IMG/VR virus record: IMGVR_UViG_3300045018_000072
Location: 1 to 34,098 of that record
DNA length: 34,098 nucleotides
Direction: 5' to 3' (one strand)
From: a virus
Taxonomy: Duplodnaviria > Caudoviricetes
In this document: in pieces, positions 1 through 9,330 of the stretch
Layout of the letters: each line of letters begins with the position of its first letter
How positions within the stretch are numbered: position 1 is the stretch's first letter
Program-made: the position numbers and the translations under genes
The notes under the pieces: model-generated
What the model was told of the DNA's origin: nothing
Seen by the model: the letters and a program-made list of their open reading frames with translations, nothing else
Database searches by the model: none

Positions 1-293
1 AAGGCATCGCCGAACACCGTCTCGATCACGGAGCCCGCGTGCAGGCCGCCCGCGGCCGAGCCAGTCCGAGCCATGCGCACCGAACCAGTCGCGTAGGCCC
101 CGAGTGGAGCCGTGCCGGCGGTGAGCCCGCGGTAGAGCCGCTCCACGGCGAGCGAGGCGCGGGCCAGAACCATCGCCTCCTCGTAGAGGATCTCGCCGCC
201 ATCGCCGTCGATCCGCGAGTCCCACCACTCTTGCGGCACGGTCTTGCGCGCGAGAGCAAGGAGATCCGCTTGGCTCTTGGCAGAGACGATCAC
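1..293 (-). CDS. Baseplate protein, probably a second baseplate-J-like paralog (partial, runs off the left edge)
   Basis: GTG at 293 overlaps the stop of the J-like gene (GTGA). The frame is open to the window edge: VIVSAKSQADLLALARKTVPQEWW...YATGSVRMARTGSAAGGLHAGSVIETVFGDA. This echoes ARVVLTFSRTGSASGTVAAGTKAQTAAGIEF of the upstream J-like protein. Confidence 0.6.
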   Translation of the reverse strand, partial: MIVSAKSQADLLALARKTVPQEWWDSRIDGDGGEILYEEAMVLARASLAVERLYRGLTAGTAPLGAYATGSVRMARTGSAAGGLHAGSVIETVFGDA

Positions 294-1387
294 TGGTTCA
301 CCTTCACGCGGTCGGCGCTTGTTCGGATTACCTCCGTGGCCGTGGGCACGACATCGGCAGCGGGAGCGGCGACCTGTACGCTGTTCTTCGCCACGGCGAA
401 GTCGCTGCGCACCGCTTCATAGATGGCGTTCAGCATGAGCTTCTCGCCGATCCTGAGCGAGTTCACAAAGGCAACGACGGCCGCGCGAACACGGTTGACC
501 GCCGAGACGGAATCTTGTCCGGCCATGACGGCGAACTCCACGTCCACGTCAAGCCACTGAATGGTCGCGGCGACCGGAGAGACGTAGACGCCGCACGGGC
601 GCCATTCGTCGAGCACGGCCAGCACGGCGTCAGCAAGGGCCTGGTTCGCGTTGCCTTCGGAATCAGCTACCGCGAGCTGCACGGCCAAGCCCACGGTGTT
701 GCCCGCCAAGTCCGTGAGGGCCGTCTCCGTTGCCTCAGCCATGCCCACGCCGTCTACGTCCAGCGCGCCGAACTCCACGGCCGCCAGCGTGCCACGGCGT
801 GCCGAGAGCCAGTATCGGCGTGCCCGGGCCCGGAACGCATCATCATCCTCGCGAGCGGAACCACCGGCCGCGACGGCCGCGTTTGTGACGGTAAATGTGC
901 TGTCGAACAGGGCGACCGGCAGAATATTGATGGCCCCGGCCACTACATTGCCCTGCTCACCAGCCATGGAGCAGATCGCCTCCACGTCCGCGGTCAGCAG
1001 GTACGAGGGGAAGATCAGATCGTCGAGCGTCCAGAACTCGATTCCGGCCGCAGTCTGCGCCTTGGTTCCGGCGGCAACGGTTCCGCTGGCCGAGCCCGTG
1101 CGCGAGAATGTCAGCACGACGCGAGCGCATGCTGCGTCGTTGCGCAGCAATCCGAACCAGTCCCAGACGATGCGATCCAGCGCCTCGCCTCGGGCTGTCG
1201 AGAGAAGACGATCTTGCAGTGCAATGCCGACCTGTCGCGCGACCTCTTCGGCCATGGTCGCGGGCACGGCCACAATGGCGTTCGCATCCGTGCCGCGCTT
1301 GTCCACGACGGCCGCCTGGAGTTTGCTCTGGCGGGCCAGGATCTCGTCTCGGCCGATCTTGAAGAAGTCCGCGAAGCGCGGCAGCAT
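290..1387 (-). CDS. Baseplate J-like wedge protein
   Basis: 365 aa with typical gpJ motifs: TARGEALD, G(E)QGNVVAGAI, VTNAAVAAGGSAREDDDAFRAR, EWRPCGV. Lies in the baseplate module. Confidence 0.92.
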   Translation of the reverse strand: MLPRFADFFKIGRDEILARQSKLQAAVVDKRGTDANAIVAVPATMAEEVARQVGIALQDRLLSTARGEALDRIVWDWFGLLRNDAACARVVLTFSRTGSASGTVAAGTKAQTAAGIEFWTLDDLIFPSYLLTADVEAICSMAGEQGNVVAGAINILPVALFDSTFTVTNAAVAAGGSAREDDDAFRARARRYWLSARRGTLAAVEFGALDVDGVGMAEATETALTDLAGNTVGLAVQLAVADSEGNANQALADAVLAVLDEWRPCGVYVSPVAATIQWLDVDVEFAVMAGQDSVSAVNRVRAAVVAFVNSLRIGEKLMLNAIYEAVRSDFAVAKNSVQVAAPAADVVPTATEVIRTSADRVKVNQ

Positions 1388-1396
1388 GGGCGCCTC

Positions 1397-2206
1397 CTAC
1401 CCGTTGCCCGTGACGCCGAATGCGTCCGTGATCGTCCCGAGCTTGGTTTGCACGACGGCGCCGAACACGACCTCGCCGCCGCCGCGATCCTCGACCGTCA
1501 CCAGGGCGTCACGCACGAGCGGCAAGGCCAGGATCTCGGCCTTGCATGCGCTGGCCGCGGCCTGGAGTCGTGCAGGGCCGCCAAGCGACTTGTTCTTGAC
1601 GCCCGCGCCGAACCCCGGCTCATGCGCCCATTCGCCGGCCGCCGTCGTGAGGGCGCGGAAGATCAGCTTCCGCAGCGTCTCCACGCTCGGGCTGAGAGCA
1701 TAGTCGCCATGCTCCATGATCGACAGGTGCCCCGTCACCAGGTCGCAAGCTAGATCCTCCAAGCCCGCCACGGTCTCCACGGCCGCCTGCATGGGCATGA
1801 GCTTGGGCGCTGCGCCGTAGTAACTCGCGCTGCTCGTCTGCACATAGGCTCCGCCCCCGAGCGCGGCGATGAACTCCGATGCCGTCACGGTCGCGGCTTC
1901 GTACTGCCGGACCTCTGCCGCCGCAAAGCACAGCCTCACCGTCGTGGTGTCCACCACCTCGATCCCGAGCAGATCCGGAATCGCCTTGCCGTCGGAACGC
2001 ACAACGGCCCAGTTAGCCGGATTCAGCGCGTCGTCGTCGTAGAGCTCGCCGTCCATCTCGACGGGAAGATCAAAACGCGCAATGAGCCCATGCTCGCTGT
2101 CGTGGTAAGCCCGCATGAGCTTCGGCCGCACCCACACGTCATAGTGCAGGATCGCGAAGCTGCACGTCGTCGCGGGGCCTGTAGGAGCGAGCCAGAAAGC
2201 GGCCAC
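1397..2206 (-). CDS. Baseplate wedge gp25/gpW-like protein with an N-terminal beta-rich extension
   Basis: GTG start with SD GAGGT. The C-terminal LIFRALTTAAGEWAHEPGFGAG fits the gp25/gpW pattern (L.T..GE....P.FG). Directly upstream of gpJ. Confidence 0.72.
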   Translation of the reverse strand: MAAFWLAPTGPATTCSFAILHYDVWVRPKLMRAYHDSEHGLIARFDLPVEMDGELYDDDALNPANWAVVRSDGKAIPDLLGIEVVDTTTVRLCFAAAEVRQYEAATVTASEFIAALGGGAYVQTSSASYYGAAPKLMPMQAAVETVAGLEDLACDLVTGHLSIMEHGDYALSPSVETLRKLIFRALTTAAGEWAHEPGFGAGVKNKSLGGPARLQAAASACKAEILALPLVRDALVTVEDRGGGEVVFGAVVQTKLGTITDAFGVTGNG

Positions 2207-2214
2207 GGACTACC

Positions 2215-3120
2215 TCACCACGGGAACATGAGCCCGTTGTACACGATCCTGTTGCCCGCCGTGTTCGCGGTCCCGTCCGCGACCGCGGCATCAGTGCGGT
2301 ATACCTCGCAAAGCCAGCCCACGACCTTGTTGATGCTCCGGTCCTGAATCAAGATCGGATAGCCCGCCGGCTCGCTTGCCGCCTTGGTCAGCATGTAGCC
2401 GTCCATGCTCAGGCCGTTGTCCATCACGGCGTTGTTGAACCCGAGCCAGGCGGCGTTGGGCACGCGGCCCTGCGGCACGGCCCCCCTGCCCCAGTGGCCC
2501 GCCACGTCATCCCACTTGGGGTAGCCGCAGAAGAAGACGGCCGGCTTGGTCACGAGCGACGGCTCGAAGTCATACATGGCCCCGGCATAGAAGCTCGTGT
2601 CCCATGAGCCACTGATGCTCTCGTCGCCGAGCAGCAGGAACGCACTGTTGTCCACGACGCCGTTGAGCGCATGCTCGACGACGGCCAGGTGGAAGACGGT
2701 TGCGGCGTTGTTGCCCGAGCCAGCGCCACGCGCGTACAGGAGCCCCGTGAAGAGCGCCGCGCCGAATGTCTTGGTCCCGGTGTCCCATCCGCCATCGGGC
2801 GCAAGGCCAGCGACAAGGCCGGTGTACGGTCCCGCGTAGCCGCCGATGGCCAGGGCCGCGTTCGTCGCGCCGAACATGATCTGATGCTTGACCCCGCCCC
2901 AGGCATAGGCGCTCTCGACAACGAGGAAGGCGCCAGAAGTCGGCCCTGTCTCCGAGGTCCAGTTGCCGGCCGCGCCCGGATACGCCTCCACAACGCTGTA
3001 GTGTCCGGGGAAGTTCGACGGGAGCCAGTTCGTGAAGAAGTAGTAAATGTGCCAGAGGATGCGCGTCGCGTTCGTCCCGGCCGTCACGAGATTGCGCCGT
3101 ACCTTCCACGATGCCGCCAT
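2215..3120 (-). CDS. Putative virion structural protein (Gly/Trp-rich; tail or baseplate associated)
   Basis: 301 aa with strong SD (AGGAGG). Composition is beta-rich and Gly/Ala/aromatic. Lies within the baseplate operon. No family recognised. Confidence 0.6.
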   Translation of the reverse strand: MAASWKVRRNLVTAGTNATRILWHIYYFFTNWLPSNFPGHYSVVEAYPGAAGNWTSETGPTSGAFLVVESAYAWGGVKHQIMFGATNAALAIGGYAGPYTGLVAGLAPDGGWDTGTKTFGAALFTGLLYARGAGSGNNAATVFHLAVVEHALNGVVDNSAFLLLGDESISGSWDTSFYAGAMYDFEPSLVTKPAVFFCGYPKWDDVAGHWGRGAVPQGRVPNAAWLGFNNAVMDNGLSMDGYMLTKAASEPAGYPILIQDRSINKVVGWLCEVYRTDAAVADGTANTAGNRIVYNGLMFPW

Positions 3121-3129
3121 GTCTGCCTC

Positions 3130-3219
3130 CTACTCCCGCGTGACCGAGCACGCCGGGACCTTGATGCCGCAGCCGTCCTCGTAGACGAACGGCCATACAT
3201 ACGTCAGCCAGAAACTCAT
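3130..3219 (-). CDS. Small 29-aa ORF MSFWLTYVWPFVYEDGCGIKVPACSVTRE
   Basis: AGGAGG SD just upstream of the ATG at 3219. Fills the gap between two genes, and its TAG abuts the next SD. Below the size cut-off of the ORF track. Confidence 0.5.
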   Translation of the reverse strand: MSFWLTYVWPFVYEDGCGIKVPACSVTRE

Positions 3220-3228
3220 CGAGCCCTC

Positions 3229-3543
3229 CTACGGCAGCGGACCAGCCGCGTGCCAGTTGAGCGTCCCGCTCGATCCGGCCACACCCTCCAGGTGTAGCAC
3301 GATGCTCTTGTGATCCGCCGCAGGCGTGACGCTACGGATCAGCGGCTGCGAGCCTACGGCGGTCACGAAGGCCACGGTCAGGTCATACGTGTCATCGAGG
3401 AACGCGAGCGGGAATGTGATCGTCACGTCGAACACAGCCGGCGCGCCCACGAGCGGCCCCCAGGCAACGGGCGCCGTGTAGCCGCCGCCGTGAAACCAGG
3501 CGTGGCCGCCGTATCGCACTTCCATCGTCGTGAACGTGGGCAC
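3229..3543 (-). CDS. Small beta-sandwich virion protein (resembles tail-fibre-tip domains)
   Basis: GTG start with SD AGGAGG; 104 aa. The pattern VTITFPLAF...Y...V...LNWHAAG resembles C-terminal domains of phage tail fibres. Confidence 0.5.
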   Translation of the reverse strand: MPTFTTMEVRYGGHAWFHGGGYTAPVAWGPLVGAPAVFDVTITFPLAFLDDTYDLTVAFVTAVGSQPLIRSVTPAADHKSIVLHLEGVAGSSGTLNWHAAGPLP

Positions 3544-3552
3544 GTGTCCCTC

Positions 3553-4137
3553 CTATGCCGGGGCCGAGTAGGCGCGCGCGCTCTTGCCCCGCTCGCCCAT
3601 GAGCCTCCCGATGCAGTCCGCCAGGTCAAGCGCCAGCGACGGCGACGGCAGCGCCGTGCCGCCGTCCACGGGATGCGAGTGATTGATCAAGGCCACATAG
3701 GCCAGGTGAATCACGGTCATGAGCGGGTAGAACAAGGCCAACTCAAGGGCGCCGCCAGCGACCTCGACTCGGCCCGCGTCGAGATGGATCGCCATGCCAG
3801 ACGGCGCCATGAACCATGCGTCGTCGCCACTCACGGGCAACGCGTGGGCCTGATTGTGCAGCCCGGCGATGGCGTAGCCACCCGCGTTCGGGTCGCCGCT
3901 CGGGAACACGCACAGCACCTCCGCGTCCTTGGGGGCGGGCAGGTACAATGCGGCGCCAGAGCCCATGGCGAATCCAACCTGCTTGACACGACAGCGCCAG
4001 CCCTCGGGCTTTGCGCGCACGTCGAGCCAGCGGCCCTGGGCATTGGTCACAACGGCCTCGACGATTCCCGTGATGGCCCAGATCCGCGGGTCAATGCCGG
4101 GGCGGGAGAAGAAGTCGGCCGCGCGCTGTGCGTTCAT
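3553..4137 (-). CDS. Baseplate central spike (gpV/gp5-like OB-fold protein)
   Basis: ATG at 4137 overlaps the hub stop. Contains YLPAPKDAEVLCVFPSGDPNAG (gpV OB-fold pattern) and an HxH motif (NHSHP) near the C-terminus. Confidence 0.8.
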   Translation of the reverse strand: MNAQRAADFFSRPGIDPRIWAITGIVEAVVTNAQGRWLDVRAKPEGWRCRVKQVGFAMGSGAALYLPAPKDAEVLCVFPSGDPNAGGYAIAGLHNQAHALPVSGDDAWFMAPSGMAIHLDAGRVEVAGGALELALFYPLMTVIHLAYVALINHSHPVDGGTALPSPSLALDLADCIGRLMGERGKSARAYSAPA

Positions 4138-5828
4138 GCGAGCCCTCCCGCGAGGTCTATGTCCAAGGTCCCCGCCTTGAGTTCCTTCTCGATCCGCGCG
4201 ACCTGATAGTTGATTGCCGTGCCGTGGCAAGAGTAGCCGTCATCGGCAGACCATCCGTGCTCGATCGTCTGGACGTACCATTGCCGCACTGCGTTGTCAT
4301 CTTGGCCGCTGATCTCGGCGGCCACGTCTGCGGCGGTCTTCTTGTCGTGGCCGAGCTTCACGAGCCAGGCCGTAAGCTGCTTCTCGCCATACGCAGCGAT
4401 GCGCGGACTCGTGCCGATGGCTCCTTGGCCCGTCTCCTGGCCCGTGCCTTCCTCCGCGTCATAGATCTCCACGGGCGAGCCAGGCTTCAACTCCAGCAGA
4501 TCCGGATCGTAGTTGTCTCCGCCATAGGAAGCGAGGCTACTGGTCGTCCACTCCGTATTCATGTCGGCACGACCCGTTTCCTCGAAGACCTGTCTGGCGA
4601 TCTCCTTCAGGTCGGCCTCACTTGTGAATCCGGTCACGACCTGCTGGCGGACTTCCTCGCTGGCCCATAGGCCCTTGGCGTCCACCTTGGTCGCGCGGGC
4701 CTTCTCCGGCCAGCGGGCCTTGATGATCTTGTTGCCGTCCGCGCAGACGACTTCGATGGTCGGCGCCTTGACGCGGCCCAGGGTCTTGCGTTCATCGAGA
4801 CTCGCTAGGTTGCTGCCGTAGACCAGGGCTGGATTCTCCAGAGCTTCGTCCGTGATCGGGTGCCTGCGCTCCCGCGCGGAGAACGGAACGATCTCCATAA
4901 CGGCACCCGTTCGCGCGTCGGCGACCTTGCGCGCGGCGCTCGCGGAGAAGATGGAGGTGGGGCGCGCGAGGACAAACCGCCCGAGCGGTCGCGGGCCGCC
5001 GCTCGGGTCCTCGCCCTGCCACACATCGGCATAGCAGACAAGGCCCAGGCCGACGCTCAGATCGGTCATGAGATCCCAATACTTCTCGTTGGCGATCTTC
5101 GGCGCGCGGAAGGGCTTTGCGCCACCTCCGGCCGTCTGTGCCTTCCCATTGGCAAGGAAGATCTCGCCCGGCTTGAATCCGTCCAGGTGGAGCGGCAGGC
5201 CCTTGGTCGGCGGCAGGCCGTCCAGGAGCGAGAGAAAGATCTGCTCCACTGGCAGGCTCCAGTCGGTGTCGCGGTATACGTCCGGGTGGACCTCGTTGTC
5301 GATCAGGTCGCTCGTGAAGTCCCGGAACGCCGCGGACAGCACCTCGCCGCCCGATGAGCGAGACAGCCCGATCTCATGCGTAGAACCGACGAACCGCAGC
5401 ATGGCCGGCGAGATCATGTCCACCGCGCCGATGCCAGCCGGACCCCATGCGGATTTCAGCACAGTAGGGCTGATGCCCTTGCGCACTGCCTCCTGCCACG
5501 TCGCCGGGCCGATGGTCCCCATGTATGCCGCCACGGAGAGCGAGCGGATGAACTTTGGCTTGATGGGCAACTCCTGGGCGCGGAAGCTCAGATTGCACTC
5601 GTCCGCCTGACGGTAGGAGTTGCGGCGTATGGACATCGTGCTCGGCACTATGGGTATGCGGATCGAGAGCCCGTCGTCGGCGACGGCTTCGTTTGGATCT
5701 CCTGGCAGATTGTATTTCGCGATCTTCCCGCCTTTGAGCGTTGCGATGGCCTGCGCGGATAGCGGCCGCTTGAACTCATCGAGGCGAACGTACAGCATCG
5801 CGAGCGCGACCGGGTAGTACACGCCCAT
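4134..5828 (-). CDS. Baseplate hub protein (gpD/gp27-like)
   Basis: 564 aa between the LysM gene and the spike gene. Has N-terminal SIRRNSYRQADECNL and C-terminal WYVQTIEHGWSADDGY, patterns typical of hub/late-control-D proteins. Confidence 0.72.
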   Translation of the reverse strand: MGVYYPVALAMLYVRLDEFKRPLSAQAIATLKGGKIAKYNLPGDPNEAVADDGLSIRIPIVPSTMSIRRNSYRQADECNLSFRAQELPIKPKFIRSLSVAAYMGTIGPATWQEAVRKGISPTVLKSAWGPAGIGAVDMISPAMLRFVGSTHEIGLSRSSGGEVLSAAFRDFTSDLIDNEVHPDVYRDTDWSLPVEQIFLSLLDGLPPTKGLPLHLDGFKPGEIFLANGKAQTAGGGAKPFRAPKIANEKYWDLMTDLSVGLGLVCYADVWQGEDPSGGPRPLGRFVLARPTSIFSASAARKVADARTGAVMEIVPFSARERRHPITDEALENPALVYGSNLASLDERKTLGRVKAPTIEVVCADGNKIIKARWPEKARATKVDAKGLWASEEVRQQVVTGFTSEADLKEIARQVFEETGRADMNTEWTTSSLASYGGDNYDPDLLELKPGSPVEIYDAEEGTGQETGQGAIGTSPRIAAYGEKQLTAWLVKLGHDKKTAADVAAEISGQDDNAVRQWYVQTIEHGWSADDGYSCHGTAINYQVARIEKELKAGTLDIDLAGGLA

Positions 5829-7090
5829 CAGGCCACCGCCGGGATCACGAGGAACATGCCCACGCTCAAGTCGTCACCCGCCAGGTCGTTGCACTCGGCC
5901 ACGTCCTGCCAGTGGTCCTGCGTGCCGTAGTAGAGGATCGAGACCTTGCGCAGCGTGTCGCCATCCTTGACCATGTAGACATCGAGATAGTCGGAGACGA
6001 TGTACTGTGCTGCCGCGTCGGAGACCTGTTGCGCCGTAGCCAGGAGCTTGTGCTGGCCCTGGGTCAAGCTCTTCTGCTGCACGGCGAGCTTGGCCTGTGT
6101 GGCCGCGCTGCTCTGCTCTCCGGCTGGCTTGCCCTGCGTCGAGGTCCAGGGCAGGAAGTCGATGCTGTCGCCCGTTGCGGCCCACTCATCGGCGACGGCC
6201 GCGTACTGTGCTCGGAGGGCAAGCGCAGACGCCTGTATGTCCCAAACATCCTGCTTCACCTGCTGCGCGGTCAGCAGGATCGACTTGGCCGTCTGCGCGG
6301 GCAGGGCGGCAATGATCGCAACCTCATCGAGCAGATCGTCCACCTGCTGCACCATGGCCGCAAGCTTGGCAACGGGCTGTGTGATGTAGTCCTTGTACGC
6401 TCCCTTGGTCTCATCGAGTACTTCCTTGGCCGCATCGAGCATGTCCTGGAGTGAGTCAAGCAGGCTCTTCGCCTTGGGCTTCGGTGCCGGGAACTTCTCC
6501 TGGGGCTTCAACTCCGAGTCCGCGATCCACTCGAAGTGGATCTCCCACTCGATGCGCTGCGGCCTGTGCTCGGGGAATCGCACGGCCTCGATGAGCCCGC
6601 GCTGCACTGTCTCGAAGTTCTCGCGGCCCCACTTGACCACGACTTCCTGGCCTGAGCGGCACATATCCAGGAGGATCTTGCGGCCGTGCTCGGGCGTGAG
6701 TATGTGCTGTGTCTTGCTGCCCGGCTCCTCGTAATCGAACCCGCCTCCGCCACTCGGCCCGTCCGGATTCATGTATCGCGCGAGCAAGATTCCCTTGACG
6801 GTCAGATCTGTGTGGTGCGGACCGAAGACCTGGGCCACGGCCTCGGTGCTGCCGGGGTAGTATTCGATCTTCATGCGCTGCCGCGCGGTCAGGTCCACGG
6901 GCCGGAACGGCAAACAGCGGGCGGTCAGGCGCACGAGCCGTCGCCGGCCAGTCGTTTCCTGGATCGAGAACGCGGTGGGCGCCGACAGGACGTTGTCCGC
7001 CGCCATGGCCCTGGCAATGTCGTCAATGCTCTTGGATTTCCCAAAGATCGGCAGTTCGCTCGGGAGCCCTATGGCGGAGAGCATCCCCAT
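5828..7090 (-). CDS. Tail tube initiator/baseplate protein with C-terminal LysM domain
   Basis: The C-terminal YMVKDGDTLRKVSILYYGTQDHWQDVAECNDL...LVIP is a LysM motif. A coiled-coil middle follows a beta-rich N-terminus. Follows the tape measure gene. Confidence 0.8.
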   Translation of the reverse strand: MGMLSAIGLPSELPIFGKSKSIDDIARAMAADNVLSAPTAFSIQETTGRRRLVRLTARCLPFRPVDLTARQRMKIEYYPGSTEAVAQVFGPHHTDLTVKGILLARYMNPDGPSGGGGFDYEEPGSKTQHILTPEHGRKILLDMCRSGQEVVVKWGRENFETVQRGLIEAVRFPEHRPQRIEWEIHFEWIADSELKPQEKFPAPKPKAKSLLDSLQDMLDAAKEVLDETKGAYKDYITQPVAKLAAMVQQVDDLLDEVAIIAALPAQTAKSILLTAQQVKQDVWDIQASALALRAQYAAVADEWAATGDSIDFLPWTSTQGKPAGEQSSAATQAKLAVQQKSLTQGQHKLLATAQQVSDAAAQYIVSDYLDVYMVKDGDTLRKVSILYYGTQDHWQDVAECNDLAGDDLSVGMFLVIPAVA

Positions 7091-7091
7091 G

Positions 7092-8831
7092 TCACAGCCC
7101 CGCCACGGGCGCGAGCCGGGACTGCCCGAGGGAGAACGCCCTGCGTCCGAGCGCGTTCACGATGGACGCACAGATCCGATCCGGGTCCTGGTGTCGTGCG
7201 TCCACCTTGACCTCGATCTTCGAGCCGCGAAAGTCGTTGACGTGCGGCTTGGGCTTGGCGTCGTCGCCCGCTTGCTTCTTGAGCGCGTCCAGCATGAGCT
7301 TGTAGGCCTGAAACGCCGGCATGTTCTCCGTCAGGACCGCGTGGAAGGCCCTGGCCCACTCTTCGGTATACTGGCGCACGAGCGCGTTGTTGCTGCGCAA
7401 GCCCTCCCCGAGCGTGTCGGGTATTTCTTCGGCCGTGATTCCCATCGCACGCATCGTGCCCATTGCATCGATCCAGCCCTGGCGCAGTTCCTCGACGGCC
7501 TCTTGCGCTCCCGCCGGGATCTGGAGTCCGGCCACTCCCGCTGCGCCCATGCCGAGCGCTCCGCTGGCCTGGAGCGCGGCCGTCGCCTGCTGCGTCTGCA
7601 AGAGCTTGAGCGTGCCCTCCAGCCCGCCGTAGGGCCCCACGGCGGCCATTTCGTCGAGCTTCGCGGCGGCTCTCGTAGCCGCGTCCGCCGTGGCGACGAG
7701 CGCGCCCGCAGCCGCGCCCCCCGCGCCCGCGACCATGCCCATGTCGCCACCGAGCATGTCCGCCGCGTCGCCCATCTGCTGCATGGAGCGCGCTGTCTCA
7801 TCCGCCGAGCGCCGCATCGCGGTGATGCCCGCGAGTGCTCCGCCGTGCTCCGCCCCGCCCATCGCGTGCGATATCGCCTTGGGCAAGACGCCGAACGCCT
7901 TGCCGATCCAATCGAGCGGAGCCGTCACCTTCCCGAGTATCTCGACGGCGAAGCCGAGGGCCTTCACGAACATCTGCACTGGAGGCAACGAGAAGGTCGC
8001 TCTGACAAGATTCGTGAGCGCCTTGAACACCGGCAGCATCGGCGCGAGCACGGTCTTCACGAGGTCCATGAGCGTCGCCTTTGCCGCCGCGAACGTATTC
8101 TCCCATGTGTCGCCCATCGCGTCGGCAGCAGCCCTATTCTGCTCCATGACGGACAGGAGCATTCCGAGCGCCTGGGCCGGATCGCCCTTGGCAACGGCCG
8201 CGATCTGGCGCGCCACGTCCACGCCGAGGTTCTGAACGAATACCGCACGCAGGTTGGCCATGCCCGCGAGCAAGCGCATGACGCCACTGGTGGTATCCTC
8301 CACGCCGACGCCCCACGCTTTGGACAGCGGCACGAGAAGCTCGGTCAGCTTGAACACGTCCTCGACGCCGCCGCCCGCTCTCATGATGGGCAGGACAAGG
8401 CCGCTGAATCCGGCCTTGAGATCGGAGACACTCCCGCGCCCCTCCTTTGCCATCTCGACGAGCCTGTGACCCGCTTCGCCCGCGGCCTCCATGGACGTAG
8501 CAAAGTCGCCCAGTCCAGTGATCGTCCCGGCCTTCTGAAGCTGGCTGAACAGAGCCGCGACGCGGAAGCGGCTCTGCTCCGCGTGGCTCCCGATGTCTAT
8601 GATCTGCTCTGCCACGTGCGCGATCTGCTGAACGCCGAACGCGGCGAATCCGATATGCGTCAGGGCACCGAGCGCGCTGTTCAGTTTGCCGAGCCCGACC
8701 TTCACGCCGTCGAACGCAGTGCTCGTCTTCTGTGCATGGGCCGTGAGCCGATCCATGGCCTGATTCGCGGGTGTGTCGAACACCTGCCATACGGCACTTA
8801 CGCCAACATCCGAGCCTTCTTCAGCCATCAA
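7092..8831 (-). CDS. Tape measure protein
   Basis: 579 aa, Ala/Gly/Met-rich and helical, with hydrophobic stretches. Directly follows the tail assembly chaperones. Confidence 0.85.
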   Translation of the reverse strand: MMAEEGSDVGVSAVWQVFDTPANQAMDRLTAHAQKTSTAFDGVKVGLGKLNSALGALTHIGFAAFGVQQIAHVAEQIIDIGSHAEQSRFRVAALFSQLQKAGTITGLGDFATSMEAAGEAGHRLVEMAKEGRGSVSDLKAGFSGLVLPIMRAGGGVEDVFKLTELLVPLSKAWGVGVEDTTSGVMRLLAGMANLRAVFVQNLGVDVARQIAAVAKGDPAQALGMLLSVMEQNRAAADAMGDTWENTFAAAKATLMDLVKTVLAPMLPVFKALTNLVRATFSLPPVQMFVKALGFAVEILGKVTAPLDWIGKAFGVLPKAISHAMGGAEHGGALAGITAMRRSADETARSMQQMGDAADMLGGDMGMVAGAGGAAAGALVATADAATRAAAKLDEMAAVGPYGGLEGTLKLLQTQQATAALQASGALGMGAAGVAGLQIPAGAQEAVEELRQGWIDAMGTMRAMGITAEEIPDTLGEGLRSNNALVRQYTEEWARAFHAVLTENMPAFQAYKLMLDALKKQAGDDAKPKPHVNDFRGSKIEVKVDARHQDPDRICASIVNALGRRAFSLGQSRLAPVAGL

Positions 8832-9015
8832 CGCCCTCCGGCAGCTTGTGCTCGGCCTTGATCAGCGCGCTCAGGTGGACATGGAAGAGGAGCAGATCAG
8901 ACAGCGGCATCTCCTGGAGGTCCGGAATCCGCTGATGTCCGTGGCGTGCGCAGAATGTCATGATCCCCCACAGCGCACTCACGCCGTCGCCGTCCTCGTC
9001 TCCGAGGTGAAAAAA
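8821..9015 (-). CDS. Tail assembly chaperone, -1 frameshift extension (gpT-like part of a gpGT fusion)
   Basis: The -1 frame is open from the slippery heptamer: FFHLGDEDGDGVSALWGIMTFCARHGHQRIPDLQEMPLSDLLLF..., ending in overlap with the tape measure start. Confidence 0.75.
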   Translation of the reverse strand, partial: FFHLGDEDGDGVSALWGIMTFCARHGHQRIPDLQEMPLSDLLLFHVHLSALIKAEHKLPEGVDG

Positions 9016-9302
9016 GCGTCTTGGGTCTCCTTCGGGTGATTGTGGATCTTGCCGTAGCACGCGATGAGCAACTGCGCGTCCGCGAGCGGAAGGTCGGCCC
9101 AGATCTCCTCTACGTTGTTCGCGTCCACGGCGACACCGCCGAGCTTGACCAGGCTGCGCTTTGTCAACTCGGCCGTGACGCGCATCTTGTCCTCCTGGTA
9201 CAGGCCCATCGTCTGGATCGCCTCATTCGTCGTCAGCTCGCGCATGACTACGGGCCGCCCGTCCGGCAGCGTCCAGGTCCTCTGCTGTAGCACTCGCGCC
9301 AT
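8979..9302 (-). CDS. Tail assembly chaperone (gpG-like)
   Basis: 107 aa between the tube and tape measure genes. N-terminal WTLPDGRPVVMRELT; slippery site near the 3' end. Confidence 0.8.
   Translation of the reverse strand: MARVLQQRTWTLPDGRPVVMRELTTNEAIQTMGLYQEDKMRVTAELTKRSLVKLGGVAVDANNVEEIWADLPLADAQLLIACYGKIHNHPKETQDAFFTSETRTATA
9009..9015 (-). promoter_or_regulatory. Programmed -1 ribosomal frameshift heptamer T TTT TTC
   Basis: The minus strand reads GAC GCT TTT TTC ACC, an X XXY YYZ heptamer in frame. The -1 frame continues into the downstream ORF. Confidence 0.8.
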
Positions 9303-9330
9303 GGTGTCCCCCGATGCTCTCGCACCGCGA

